Virus record (IMG/VR): IMGVR_UViG_3300022660_000063
Coordinates: 1-64,000 of that record
DNA from: a virus
Lineage: Duplodnaviria > Heunggongvirae > Uroviricota > Caudoviricetes
Length of the DNA stretch: 64,000 nt
Direction: 5' to 3' (one strand)
The position numbers and the translations under genes are program-made. The notes beneath the pieces are model-generated. The model was not told the DNA's origin. It saw only the letters and a program-made list of their open reading frames with translations, and did no database searches. How positions within the stretch are numbered: the first letter of the stretch is position 1; each line of letters begins with the position of its first letter. Positions 9,399 to 18,498 of the stretch are shown here, piece after piece.

Positions 9399-9945
9399 TA
9401 ATTTATACCACGCATATCATGGATCTAATGCAGAATTCGACAGATTTGAGCAGCAATTCATTGGAGCTCATGCATTAGGGCATGGATTTGGCTTTTACTT
9501 TACAGACGAAATTAATCAAGCTAAAAGTTATGGTGATTATGTTATAGAAGCAGATTTATTAATTAGAAAACCATTTTCAGATGACAGTATAACTATAGCT
9601 AAAAATCAAGTTAAAAATTATATTAGAAAATATGTAGATCCTATTGGAAAAGATTATTTATCTAACTATGGTTGGTATGAAGATGAAGGTTATGAAAATG
9701 TTTTAAATAATTGTGTAGAATCTTTATTTGCATATAACAATAGTGATAATGATATTATTAGTGAAATATTGTTTAATGTACAAAATAAATATACTGATGA
9801 AGCTTATGATGCTATATTTGAAATATTTGGAAAAGATGGAATTATATATCAAGGCTTTTCTGGCTGGCAAGGCGAACCTTTAACAAATTATTTAGTTTAT
9901 AGCAATTCACAAATATTAAATAAGAAAAAAATTAAGGTGAGATAA
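9373..9945 (+). CDS. PARP-like ADP-ribosyltransferase domain protein (H-Y-x class; catalytic Glu apparently replaced)
   Basis: 'LYHAYHGSNAEF....GHGFGFYFTDEINQAKSYG....TNYLVYSNSQI' parallels the PARP catalytic signature (HGS ... G.GiYFA ... KS.gY ... [E]YiVY) seen in ORF 21008..22177, but with Asn in place of Glu. Confidence 0.5.
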   Translation: MKFLKEEINNLYHAYHGSNAEFDRFEQQFIGAHALGHGFGFYFTDEINQAKSYGDYVIEADLLIRKPFSDDSITIAKNQVKNYIRKYVDPIGKDYLSNYGWYEDEGYENVLNNCVESLFAYNNSDNDIISEILFNVQNKYTDEAYDAIFEIFGKDGIIYQGFSGWQGEPLTNYLVYSNSQILNKKKIKVR

Positions 9946-9946
9946 T

Positions 9947-10399
9947 ATGAGATATCAACAAATTTTAGATTGCTCTATTGCAGATGGTGAAGGTGTCAGA
10001 GTTGTTTTATTTGTTACAGGCTGTTCACACTACTGCAAAGGCTGTCACAATCCAGAATGTTGGGACGAGACACGAGGTAAACTATTTACAGAAGAAACCA
10101 AACAAAAATTATTTGAATTATTAGATAGAGATTACATAGATGGGATTACATTTAGTGGTGGGGATCCATTTTATCCAGGAAACAGAGATGAAATTGTAGC
10201 TCTAACAAAAGAGATAAAAGAAAAATTTCCTAGTAAAACTATTTGGTTATATACTGGTTATTTGTATGAAGACATGAAAAACTTTGGTGTATTAAATTAC
10301 ATAGACGTTTTAGTGGATGGGAAATTTGAACAAGATAAAAGAGATATTACATTACCATTTAGAGGTTCCAGCAATCAAAGAATAATAAGATTAAATTAA
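9947..10399 (+). CDS. nrdG: anaerobic RNR activating protein (radical SAM)
   Basis: 'GEGVRVVLFVTGCSHYCKGCHNPECWD' (CxxxCxxC) and 'FSGGDPFY'; immediately follows nrdD. Confidence 0.85.
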   Translation: MRYQQILDCSIADGEGVRVVLFVTGCSHYCKGCHNPECWDETRGKLFTEETKQKLFELLDRDYIDGITFSGGDPFYPGNRDEIVALTKEIKEKFPSKTIWLYTGYLYEDMKNFGVLNYIDVLVDGKFEQDKRDITLPFRGSSNQRIIRLN

Positions 10400-10408
10400 T
10401 GTATTAAA

Positions 10409-10443
10409 AGATAGAGAAATCAGTTTACTTCTCTATCTTTTTA
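10409..10443 (+). terminator. intrinsic terminator after nrdG (stem agatagagaa/ttctctatct plus T-run)
   Basis: Perfect 10-bp inverted repeat with the -35 TTTACT in the loop, followed by TTTTT. Confidence 0.55.
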
Positions 10444-10452
10444 TTATATAAT
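10424..10452 (+). promoter_or_regulatory. sigma-70-like promoter P1 (TTTACT, 17 bp, TATAAT)
   Basis: -35 tttact 10424-10429, 17-nt spacer, -10 tataat 10447-10452. Confidence 0.6.
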
Positions 10453-10475
10453 ATATGATATAAAGAGGTGTTAAT

Positions 10476-10808
10476 ATGTTTATAGAAAAAGTAGAATTTA
10501 AACAAGATATAGCTTATGTATATGTAGCAGGATGTAGTAATAATTGCAAGCAATGCAGAAAGTCACCGCCAAAAGATAATAAGAATTTTAAGTATTTAGA
10601 TATTAAAAATACATTAATATCACAAATAAATAATAATGATATCTGTCAAGTTATAATAACAGGTAATGACCCTTTATATTGCGGTAATAAAAAAGATTTA
10701 CAAGATTTTGTGAGATCAATTTCTGTATTTAAGATCTCTATTATAAGCAAATATAATACTAACTGGTTTAACAATGAGAAACATATTGAGATTGTTTCAA
10801 ATGAATAA
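10476..10808 (+). CDS. short NrdG-like radical-SAM paralog (C-terminally truncated or degenerate)
   Basis: 'VAGCSNNCKQC' CxxxCxxC and 'ITGNDPLY' (compare nrdG FSGGDPFY); only 110 aa. Confidence 0.45.
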   Translation: MFIEKVEFKQDIAYVYVAGCSNNCKQCRKSPPKDNKNFKYLDIKNTLISQINNNDICQVIITGNDPLYCGNKKDLQDFVRSISVFKISIISKYNTNWFNNEKHIEIVSNE

Positions 10809-10882
10809 TTTTATATAAATATATTCAAAATCGGTTTGCTTTTTGTTAATGATAGTATATAATTATAATATAGGAGGTTAAC

Positions 10883-11260
10883 GTGATAAAATATAATATG
10901 AATCCAAAAGGCATAAAAGCTGGTGACTGTGTTATTCGTGCGATAGCTTATTCTCTAGATCAAACCTGGGAAGAAACCTATGATGATCTCTGCAAACTTG
11001 GAATGAAGATGAAAAGAATGCCGAATGAAAAACAAGTGTATGAAAAATACTTAGAACAAAAAGGTTGGGTAAAGCATAAGCAACCTAGAACATCATTTAA
11101 TACAAAATATACTGTATTTGAATTTATAGAGTATCAGATGGAGAGAAAAGCTATTATTTCAGTCGCTAATCATTTGACATGCGTCGATAATTTTGAATTA
11201 GTAGATACATGGGATTGTTCTAGAAAATCAATTGGTAATTATTGGACAAAGGAGGACTAA
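10883..11260 (+). CDS. hypothetical protein (GTG start)
   Basis: AGGAGG 5 nt upstream of GTG; 125 aa, no recognised motif. Confidence 0.4.
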   Translation: MIKYNMNPKGIKAGDCVIRAIAYSLDQTWEETYDDLCKLGMKMKRMPNEKQVYEKYLEQKGWVKHKQPRTSFNTKYTVFEFIEYQMERKAIISVANHLTCVDNFELVDTWDCSRKSIGNYWTKED

Positions 11261-11689
11261 ATGAAAAAACCTAGAGTGCTAGATGCTTATTTAAAAGAAT
11301 ATCAAAGAAAATTAAAAGAAGCTAGAGCTAATAAAAAAAGAAATAAAGATAAGCTATTTACTTTAACCGAAACTTCAATACAAACTATATTGCAAAATAA
11401 TATAAAAATTAAATATCCAGAGATTTCATTTAAAGTAGATAAATCTATATCCACTAATAGTTATTACATAATGTTCTTTTATGGTGATAGATATGTAACA
11501 ACAAGAATTAGTGATCATGAATCAAGAGTAGGGGCATTAGGAATCGTAGTTACACCTGATACAACTAAGAAAGAAGTTATTCAAGTTTTAGAGCAGCGCG
11601 TCATTGATTTAAAGTATAAATATAAAGCACATTTATTTAATAAATTTAAAGAAATAGAAAAGGAAAGAATATGAAAAAACAATACATAA
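11261..11689 (+). CDS. hypothetical basic protein; annotated TGA (11672) readable as Trp, extending 5 codons
   Basis: RBS AAGGAGG; ORF ends at TGA, then continues W-K-N-N-T-TAA. Confidence 0.4.
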
Positions 11690-11831
11690 TATCTTTTATA
11701 GATATTAATACAGGTTTACTAAGTTTTAATAAAAAATATGAATCCAACAGTAAGAAAGAAGCTTGTATTAAATTTAAACAAGATTATCCATATTGCCAAA
11801 TTATTACTGTATCTAAAATAGAGGTGAGTAA

Positions 11832-12134
11832 ATGAAATTAAAAGATTTAGAAAGACTTCTTAGAGGTAGCGTGAAATTTAAATTGCAAGCTAGAGTAGAA
11901 GATAGAATAGAAACATTAGATGAGGTATTAATTTATGAAATTAAATATTTGCCTTCTGGATTATTAAAAAGAGAAGTATTACAGATAGATTTAGATACTA
12001 ATGTGATTTTCTTGGATAAAATAAATGAAGAGGAGGCAGTCAAGAGATATGTAGAAATTGATTCTTTGCAATCTGTAGATGATTATAAAGAAAGTTTTTT
12101 AAATATTAAATATGAAGATTCTAATTTAATTTAA
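11832..12134 (+). CDS. hypothetical protein
   Basis: 100-aa ORF with RBS. Confidence 0.35.
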   Translation: MKLKDLERLLRGSVKFKLQARVEDRIETLDEVLIYEIKYLPSGLLKREVLQIDLDTNVIFLDKINEEEAVKRYVEIDSLQSVDDYKESFLNIKYEDSNLI

Positions 12135-12148
12135 GGAGATAAGAGAAA

Positions 12149-13195
12149 ATGAAAATTATATTCATTATTTTACCATTAATTTTATTAGCAGTAGGAATAA
12201 CTTGGGCTTGTTTTTCTGCTAAGAATTTGAAAGGACAAAAAGAAGTTGATACTCAAGTTGCTGAATATATTAGAGGAAAAAAGACAGTTACATATATTAA
12301 GAAACCAAAACTAATTCAATTGATTGCATCAAGCATACTTGCACTTGTAAGTTTCTTTGTGCTCATCATAGTACCAGGTAGCTATCATCAGATTGAAGCA
12401 GGACAAGTAGCTGTAGTAAAGATTTGGGGTGAAGCTAAAGAAGTTAGAACTCCAGGAATGCATTTTGATTTTTGGTTAAGTCATAAGTACGAAATTTATG
12501 ATACAAAAGTTCAACAGTCGACTATTCAAACACAGGCATATTCTAGTGATGGACAAACGATGGATATTGAGTTAGTAATTCAATTTCAAATTCAACAAGA
12601 AAATGCAATGAAAATAGCAACTAATTATGGTGGTCTTGAAATGCTACAATCAAGAATTGAAACAGTTGCTAATGAGAAAATGAAAAGTGTGTTATCTCAA
12701 AAATCCGCAATGAAAATAATTGAAACAAGAGCAACTGTATCACCAGATGTAGAAGAATCGATTAGAGCCGCAATTACAAACGACTATTATGTTAATATCA
12801 CAAGTGTTGTATTAACAGATATTAGTTTTAGTGATGCTTTTGAAAAAACCGTAGAAGATAAGATGATTGCAGAACAAGAAAAAATCAAAGCAGAGTATGA
12901 AAAAGAAAAAGCAATTATTCAAGCAGAACAACAACTAGAGGTTGCTAAAAAAGAAGCTGAAGCATTATTAGAAAAAGCAAAGAAAGAAGCTGAATCAGAG
13001 TTAGTACTTGCACAAGCAGAGGCAGAAGCTCTTGAAATAATGAATGCAACTTGGAATACTTTAACAGCAGAAGTTAAAGAAGCAATTTTAACTCAAATGG
13101 CGATAGACAAATGGGATGGTAAGTTACCTGAAACATTAGTAGGGGATGAATTCCTTAAAGAATTGTTAGGTTATATTGGAGGTTCAAATGCTTAG
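12149..13195 (+). CDS. SPFH/band-7 (HflC/stomatin-like) membrane protein
   Basis: N-terminal TM, 'GQVAVVKIWGEAKEVRTPGMHF' SPFH core, and a long Ala/Glu/Lys coiled-coil tail typical of HflK/C. Confidence 0.7.
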   Translation: MKIIFIILPLILLAVGITWACFSAKNLKGQKEVDTQVAEYIRGKKTVTYIKKPKLIQLIASSILALVSFFVLIIVPGSYHQIEAGQVAVVKIWGEAKEVRTPGMHFDFWLSHKYEIYDTKVQQSTIQTQAYSSDGQTMDIELVIQFQIQQENAMKIATNYGGLEMLQSRIETVANEKMKSVLSQKSAMKIIETRATVSPDVEESIRAAITNDYYVNITSVVLTDISFSDAFEKTVEDKMIAEQEKIKAEYEKEKAIIQAEQQLEVAKKEAEALLEKAKKEAESELVLAQAEAEALEIMNATWNTLTAEVKEAILTQMAIDKWDGKLPETLVGDEFLKELLGYIGGSNA

Positions 13196-13330
13196 TGCAT
13201 TATTCATAGTATCAGTATGGGTAACTTCTTGCCCACTTTGGTTTAGTATATTAGCTACTTGTTTGTGTGGACTTGACATATTAGCTGATGTTATAAAAGA
13301 TCATAAAGATAATTAATAATTTATACAAAA

Positions 13331-13364
13331 AGAATGAAATTTAGTTTACTTTTCATTCTTTTTA
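13331..13364 (+). terminator. terminator hairpin agaatgaaa...tttcattct plus T-run
   Basis: Perfect 9-bp stem with the -35 in the loop, then TTTTT. Confidence 0.55.
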
Positions 13365-13373
13365 TTATATAAT
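13345..13373 (+). promoter_or_regulatory. promoter P2 (TTTACT, 17 bp, TATAAT)
   Basis: tttact 13345-13350; tataat 13368-13373. Confidence 0.6.
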
Positions 13374-13404
13374 AATATTGTATAATAAATTTAGGAGGTA
13401 TTTT

Positions 13405-13806
13405 ATGACATTATTAGATTCTATAAATGGAGTAAATGTGATTGATGCTCATTATGCTTGGGGCAATCCTTATTACTGTAAATTAAATTTAGAGAATGGT
13501 GAAACTGTTACAATAACTACCGAAGAAGAGTTTAAAATTTTAAAACAAAAAGAAGAGGCTTTAATAGCAGAAAGAAAAGAAAAAGAAAGACTTGAGTGGA
13601 TAGAGCGAGAAAGAAATAGACCAATAGAATTTGGTCAGTATGTAATGTATGTTAGCTATAAGGATGGCTCTGGTAATGTTTTTGCTAGACATATTGAAAA
13701 AGATGAAATTGTTACTGAAAATTCAATAATGGCAGAACTTGAACTTGAATATGGTAAAAAAGTTAGCAATATTGATTTAGTTCCATTTTCAGAGATGGGG
13801 GATTAG
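13405..13806 (+). CDS. hypothetical protein
   Basis: GGAGG RBS then ATG 13405 (the track ORF 13378 starts upstream inside the promoter). Confidence 0.45.
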   Translation: MTLLDSINGVNVIDAHYAWGNPYYCKLNLENGETVTITTEEEFKILKQKEEALIAERKEKERLEWIERERNRPIEFGQYVMYVSYKDGSGNVFARHIEKDEIVTENSIMAELELEYGKKVSNIDLVPFSEMGD

Positions 13807-13808
13807 TA

Positions 13809-14897
13809 ATGTCTAATATAGATGAAGTAAGAACTCTAGCCAAATTAGTTGCTGATAAAATTAGAAAGGATAAATGTATGTTGAATATAAAAGAAATAAT
13901 AAGTAAACCTGAGTATAGATGGCTAGAAGAATATAAAGATAGATTATGCTTCTTAGTTATATCAGGTTCTCATGGATATGGTACTAATGTAGAAGGTAGT
14001 GATATTGATATAAGAGGAGTTATGCTACCCACTAAAGATGAATTGATTGGGTTAAAAACTTTTAAACAAAGAGAAGATTCGAGCACAGACACAACTATTT
14101 ATGAGTTTAATCAATTTATCAAACTTGCTATGGCAAATAACCCAAATGTGATTGAAATGTTAGGTTTCAAACATTATCTTATATTTAATGAAATTGGGCA
14201 TGACTTACTTGATAGTTTACCTTTATTATTAAGTAAAAAATGTTATCAAACATTTAATGGTTACGCAGTAGCGCAATTAAGAAAAATTGAAAATGCTTTA
14301 GCAAGTACTGAATATACTGAAGAAGAAAAAGTAAAACATATAAAGCAAACAATGGATGTTGCTATGATGAAACTATCTGAATCAAACAAATTATTTGCAG
14401 ACGGCTGTATAAATGTTACTGCAGATTTAGATAAACTTTATATTGACTGTAATATAAAACAAGCACCAATAGACCTAGTAAGAAGTTCTTTAAATGATAT
14501 ATTAACTATAGAAAAAAGTTATAATAAAATAAATCAAAGAAATACTAAACCAACTATGGAAAAATTGAATAAACATTGCATGCACTTATTTAGACTAATC
14601 ATAACTTGTTGTGAGATACTAGAGAAAGGTGTATTAAATTCTTATAGAGAAGATGATAGGGATTTTCTATTGGATATCAGAAATGGTAAGTTTATAAAAG
14701 ATGGTCATTTAACAGCAGAATTTACAAATACTTTAAATGGATTAAATAAAAGATTACAATTAGCAGAGAGACATTCTACATTGCAAAAAACACCTAATTA
14801 TGATGAATTGAATAAATTTGTCACCGATGTAAACAGTAAAGTTATAACTGATACTGTATTAAAATACAAAGAACCATTGGAGGAGATCATACTATAA
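13809..14897 (+). CDS. Pol-beta-superfamily nucleotidyltransferase domain protein
   Basis: 'LVISGSHGYGTNVEGSDIDIRGVM' (GS-x9-DxD minimal NTase motif) with a downstream acidic 'TDTTIYEF'; rest is helical. Confidence 0.55.
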   Translation: MSNIDEVRTLAKLVADKIRKDKCMLNIKEIISKPEYRWLEEYKDRLCFLVISGSHGYGTNVEGSDIDIRGVMLPTKDELIGLKTFKQREDSSTDTTIYEFNQFIKLAMANNPNVIEMLGFKHYLIFNEIGHDLLDSLPLLLSKKCYQTFNGYAVAQLRKIENALASTEYTEEEKVKHIKQTMDVAMMKLSESNKLFADGCINVTADLDKLYIDCNIKQAPIDLVRSSLNDILTIEKSYNKINQRNTKPTMEKLNKHCMHLFRLIITCCEILEKGVLNSYREDDRDFLLDIRNGKFIKDGHLTAEFTNTLNGLNKRLQLAERHSTLQKTPNYDELNKFVTDVNSKVITDTVLKYKEPLEEIIL

Positions 14898-15442
14898 TGA
14901 AAGTAGAAATTTTAAAACATCCAACCAAAGAAGATTGGAGATATGTTCGAAAATGTACGCTCAACACGGTAGGTAAAACATCTACAAAAGATGCAACGGA
15001 TGCTTGGAAAGTAAAATTACTTATGGCAGAACATTCACCTATAAGAGAATTATGGTTTGGTATTAAAATGGAGATACCTTATTATGTATCAGTTCATCTT
15101 GTAAGACATCATATTGGGGTTAATCATTATGTGCAAACACAAAGAGATGATAGAACAAATGATGCAACACCAAGAGCAGAAAAACCACAAGGTGCGATTG
15201 TATCTCATATTATGTCCATCAATGCACAAGAACTATTATTCTTGGCTCATAAAAGATTATGTAACCAAGCCTCACCTGAAACAAGAGATGTAGTAAAAGA
15301 AATCTGCAGACAAGTAATTGAGGTCAATCCAGAGTTCAAAGATTTACTTGTTCCACTTTGTGCATATAGAGGAGGCGTGTGCACAGAATTTAATCCATGT
15401 GGTTATAATAAAAAATTTCAAAATAGAGGTACCGAAAAATAA
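14897..15442 (+). CDS. ThyX-like (flavin-dependent thymidylate synthase family) protein with divergent motif
   Basis: 'HSPIRELWFGIKMEIPYYVSVHLVRHHIGVNHYVQTQRDDR' aligns to ThyX 'HeTPFEh..FtF.v.aPiFVarq.fRHRi.sYnE.SgRY'; RHR->RHH, S-x-R-Y->T-Q-R-D; 181 aa. Confidence 0.5.
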   Translation: MKVEILKHPTKEDWRYVRKCTLNTVGKTSTKDATDAWKVKLLMAEHSPIRELWFGIKMEIPYYVSVHLVRHHIGVNHYVQTQRDDRTNDATPRAEKPQGAIVSHIMSINAQELLFLAHKRLCNQASPETRDVVKEICRQVIEVNPEFKDLLVPLCAYRGGVCTEFNPCGYNKKFQNRGTEK

Positions 15443-15633
15443 TGGAGCAGAAGTTTTATGGGCAAGAGTGCTATTTCTGTGGAGGAGATTGTAAACATCA
15501 GATATTTGCAACTCCAGATGGTAGAATTTGTTGTAAAGAATGTGCAAATAAATTACAAAAAGGTGAGATGAGTTTAGATCCTAATGTAATAATATTATCT
15601 AAAGATGAATATGAAATAAAAGATTTTGAGTAA
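15442..15633 (+). CDS. small zinc-ribbon protein
   Basis: CYFCGGDC...CCKEC cysteine pairs. Confidence 0.4.
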   Translation: MEQKFYGQECYFCGGDCKHQIFATPDGRICCKECANKLQKGEMSLDPNVIILSKDEYEIKDFE

Positions 15634-15648
15634 ACTAATGAAAAATAG

Positions 15649-15677
15649 TTTACTTTTCTTTTTCAATAATATATAAT
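15649..15677 (+). promoter_or_regulatory. promoter P3 (TTTACT, 17 bp, TATAAT) preceded by inverted repeat GTAAACTA..TAGTTTAC
   Basis: tttact 15649-15654; tataat 15672-15677; inverted repeat 15630-15637 / 15646-15653. Confidence 0.6.
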
Positions 15678-15704
15678 ATTTATAATTAAAGGAGGAAAAT
15701 AAAT

Positions 15705-15899
15705 ATGTTTCATGATAATTATAAAGTATACCAAACAGGTTTTGGTGAATATGGGGTAGAGGTAGAGTTTTGGAATTTCATTAGTGAGAAAGTAGAAACT
15801 CTTAACTTTGATAAATTAAATGAAGAACATTTAAATAAATTGATTGATTTATTAACCAAACTTGATTTTGATGATAGAACACCAGATAAAGGAGAATAA
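15705..15899 (+). CDS. hypothetical small protein
   Basis: AGGAGG RBS; 64 aa. Confidence 0.4.
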   Translation: MFHDNYKVYQTGFGEYGVEVEFWNFISEKVETLNFDKLNEEHLNKLIDLLTKLDFDDRTPDKGE

Positions 15900-15902
15900 T
15901 AT

Positions 15903-16463
15903 ATGAATTATGAATATAAAGATGAAAATATATATTTAAAATTGATAGAGGGTAATATCTATCGAGTAAAAGATAATAAAGATGTTAAATTAACAGAAGG
16001 CTATCATATACCTTATTTTACTTTTATAACAGAATTTGATGATAAATTATATTTTAAATATGATGAAAAATCATTTTATTATGATAAAAAATATAATATA
16101 ATTTATTTTGAATCTAAAAATAAGTTTATCTATAAAATAAATGGTAAAGATGTATCAAAAGAACAATTTGAAATTGAATTTCAAAAGCGGGTAGAAACTT
16201 ATATACCTTACAGTGAATATTGGCCAAAGAAAGAAGATTTAAGAAAAAACTTGCAAGAGCGTAGGGAGATGTGGTTTCCAACCTATGATAAAAGATATAA
16301 AGATAAGTTAGTTATTATCGATAAAGATTACTTTATGGCATGCGAAGAAGAGATACTTGAAATTGCAAATCTTGTAGAAGAAAATGAATATGATCCAGAA
16401 GATAATGATTCACTTAGAATTGCTATTGCATTATGGAATGCAGGATATAGAAAAGGAGAGTAG
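15903..16463 (+). CDS. hypothetical protein
   Basis: 186 aa, Lys/Tyr-rich; RBS present. Confidence 0.4.
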   Translation: MNYEYKDENIYLKLIEGNIYRVKDNKDVKLTEGYHIPYFTFITEFDDKLYFKYDEKSFYYDKKYNIIYFESKNKFIYKINGKDVSKEQFEIEFQKRVETYIPYSEYWPKKEDLRKNLQERREMWFPTYDKRYKDKLVIIDKDYFMACEEEILEIANLVEENEYDPEDNDSLRIAIALWNAGYRKGE

Positions 16464-16464
16464 T

Positions 16465-16815
16465 ATGAAAAAGAAAGGAAGATGCTGTTTTTGCAATGTT
16501 GAATATGATAATTATGGAAATGACATAAGACCATTAATTACTACTTCTGGAGATAGATGTTGTGATAAATGCAATGTATTAATTGTAATTCCAAATAGAA
16601 TTAAATTCTGGTTTACAGACATGTATATGTATGTTATTAAAAATAGAGATACAGGTGAATTTATAAATGAGTATGGTTTAGGTACAAATTACACTAATAT
16701 TGCAGATCCTACTGTATTAAAATTTAAAACAGAAGAAGATGCTCAACATCATATCGATATTGACCAATTATTTAATTGTGAAATTGTTAGATTAATTGTA
16801 AGAGAGGACGATTAA
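16465..16815 (+). CDS. Cys-rich (zinc-binding) hypothetical protein
   Basis: ATG 16465 after GGAGAG; 'CCFCNVEY...CCDKCNV'. Confidence 0.4.
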   Translation: MKKKGRCCFCNVEYDNYGNDIRPLITTSGDRCCDKCNVLIVIPNRIKFWFTDMYMYVIKNRDTGEFINEYGLGTNYTNIADPTVLKFKTEEDAQHHIDIDQLFNCEIVRLIVREDD

Positions 16816-16816
16816 T

Positions 16817-18088
16817 ATGGAGATAAAATTACCAAAATATGTTGAATTACTAATAAACATGTTAAATGAAAATGGTTATGCAGCATATGCAGTTGGTGGC
16901 GCTATTAGAGATTCTATATTAGGTATTGAACCAAAAGATTGGGATATAGCAACAAGTGCTTTACCTGCTGAAACAAAGAAACTATTTGAAGATAATAGTT
17001 TTCACAAGAGTGATATGGATATTTATTTTAAAGTTATTCCAACAGGAGAAAAATATGGCACTATGACTATTGAAGTTATAGAAAAATATAAATTAAATAA
17101 ATATGAACATCTTGCAGGTATTTATGAAATAACCACATTTAGATATGATAGCGATTACACTGATGGTAGAAGACCAAATAATGTAACTTTTGGTGAATCT
17201 ATTATAGATGATTTAGATAGAAGAGATTTTACTATGAATGCTATTGCTTATAACCCATTAGTAGGTATAGTAGACCCACATAATGGTGTTGAAGATATTA
17301 AAAATAAAATAGTTAAAGCAGTAGGAGACCCACAGGTTAGAATAAAAGAAGATGCTTTGAGAATTTTAAGGGGCATTAGATTTGCTTGTAAGTATAATTT
17401 TGAGTTAGAGAATGCAACAAGCAATGTTATAGCGGGTACTGGTAGTCTCTTAAAGAATGTATCAAAAGAAAGAATTACTGAAGAAGTTAAGAAGATATTA
17501 GAATATTCAAAAGGTAATTCTGAAACTTTAAATTCAACAATAGAAACACTAGCAGAGATATTTGAGATACCTCAAAACAAAGTAAGTAAATGGGGTAGTA
17601 ACCAGGTCATCATAGATATAGATAATGACAACCCACCTATGTTAAAGTTGTATTCAATATTGAATAAGTATAAGTCAATGATAGATGCAGAAATTTGGAT
17701 GAGGTTATATAAATATAGTAACCAACAAATCAAAGAGGTTATTAGCTATTATAAGATGTCAAAGTTTATGGAAGATGTTCAGCAACAAGATATTGTCCTA
17801 ACAATCAAGCAACTATTCAATAAATTTGAACATGCATACGTATGCAAGTATTTGGGTATTTACACAAAAATAGAAGGAATAGATTTGTCAGAAATTACAA
17901 GTCAACCATATAGATTACAAGACTTGGCAATAGATGGGCACTTTCTTCAATCTACATTTGATATAAGTGGTGAGAAGATAGGTAAGGTTCTTAATTTCTT
18001 ATTAGGCAAAGTTATGGAGAATTCCCAACTAAACACAATAGAAACTTTATCTGAAATTACAAGGAGATACTTAAATGGAGAAAATTAA
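16817..18088 (+). CDS. cca: CCA-adding tRNA nucleotidyltransferase / poly(A) polymerase family
   Basis: Head-domain motifs 'AVGGAIRDSILG', 'DWDIAT' and 'RRDFTMNAIAY'. Confidence 0.8.
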   Translation: MEIKLPKYVELLINMLNENGYAAYAVGGAIRDSILGIEPKDWDIATSALPAETKKLFEDNSFHKSDMDIYFKVIPTGEKYGTMTIEVIEKYKLNKYEHLAGIYEITTFRYDSDYTDGRRPNNVTFGESIIDDLDRRDFTMNAIAYNPLVGIVDPHNGVEDIKNKIVKAVGDPQVRIKEDALRILRGIRFACKYNFELENATSNVIAGTGSLLKNVSKERITEEVKKILEYSKGNSETLNSTIETLAEIFEIPQNKVSKWGSNQVIIDIDNDNPPMLKLYSILNKYKSMIDAEIWMRLYKYSNQQIKEVISYYKMSKFMEDVQQQDIVLTIKQLFNKFEHAYVCKYLGIYTKIEGIDLSEITSQPYRLQDLAIDGHFLQSTFDISGEKIGKVLNFLLGKVMENSQLNTIETLSEITRRYLNGEN

Positions 18089-18485
18089 GATATATGCTGA
18101 TGGTGCTTGTAGAGGAAATCAATTTGCAGAAAACATAGGTGGTTATGGGATAGTGCTTCAGTACCAAGATCAATATAAAGAACTAAAAAATGCTTTTCGA
18201 AATACAACTAATAATAAAATGGAAATTTTATCTGTGATAGAAGGGTTAAAAGCATTAAAAGTATATGATATTCCTATTGAAGTATATTCAGATAGCCAAT
18301 ATGTAGTTAGTACAATTAATTTAAATTGGAATAAAAAAGCTAATTTAGATTTATGGGAAGAACTGTATACATATATAAATAAATTTAAAGATATTAGATT
18401 CATAAAAGTAAAAGGACACTCAGATAATGAATTTAATAACAGGGCAGATAAATTAGCAAATGAAGCTATGGATGCTTTAAAATAA
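18075..18485 (+). CDS. rnhA: ribonuclease HI
   Basis: 'IYADGACRGNQ', 'MEILS', 'YSDSQY', 'GHSDNEFNNRADKLA' (DEDD plus His). Confidence 0.85.
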   Translation: MEKIKIYADGACRGNQFAENIGGYGIVLQYQDQYKELKNAFRNTTNNKMEILSVIEGLKALKVYDIPIEVYSDSQYVVSTINLNWNKKANLDLWEELYTYINKFKDIRFIKVKGHSDNEFNNRADKLANEAMDALK

Positions 18486-18498
18486 AAGGAGAGAACAA

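Noticed and set aside
9373-9945. Tpt1/KptA RNA 2'-phosphotransferase assignment for ORF 9373
   Set aside because: The H-G-S start fits, but the downstream 'GFGFYFT...KSYG' fits the PARP donor-loop Tyr pattern better than Tpt1's HVHLS. It is kept as a PARP-like ART at moderate confidence.
13378-13404. Track ORF starts at 13378, 16384, 22629, 50040, 58509, 59915 and 61271
   Set aside because: These use upstream ATG/TTG/GTG codons inside promoters, hairpins or the preceding gene. Downstream ATGs with proper AGGAGG spacing were preferred (13405, 16465, 22667, 50058, 58548, 59933, 61304).
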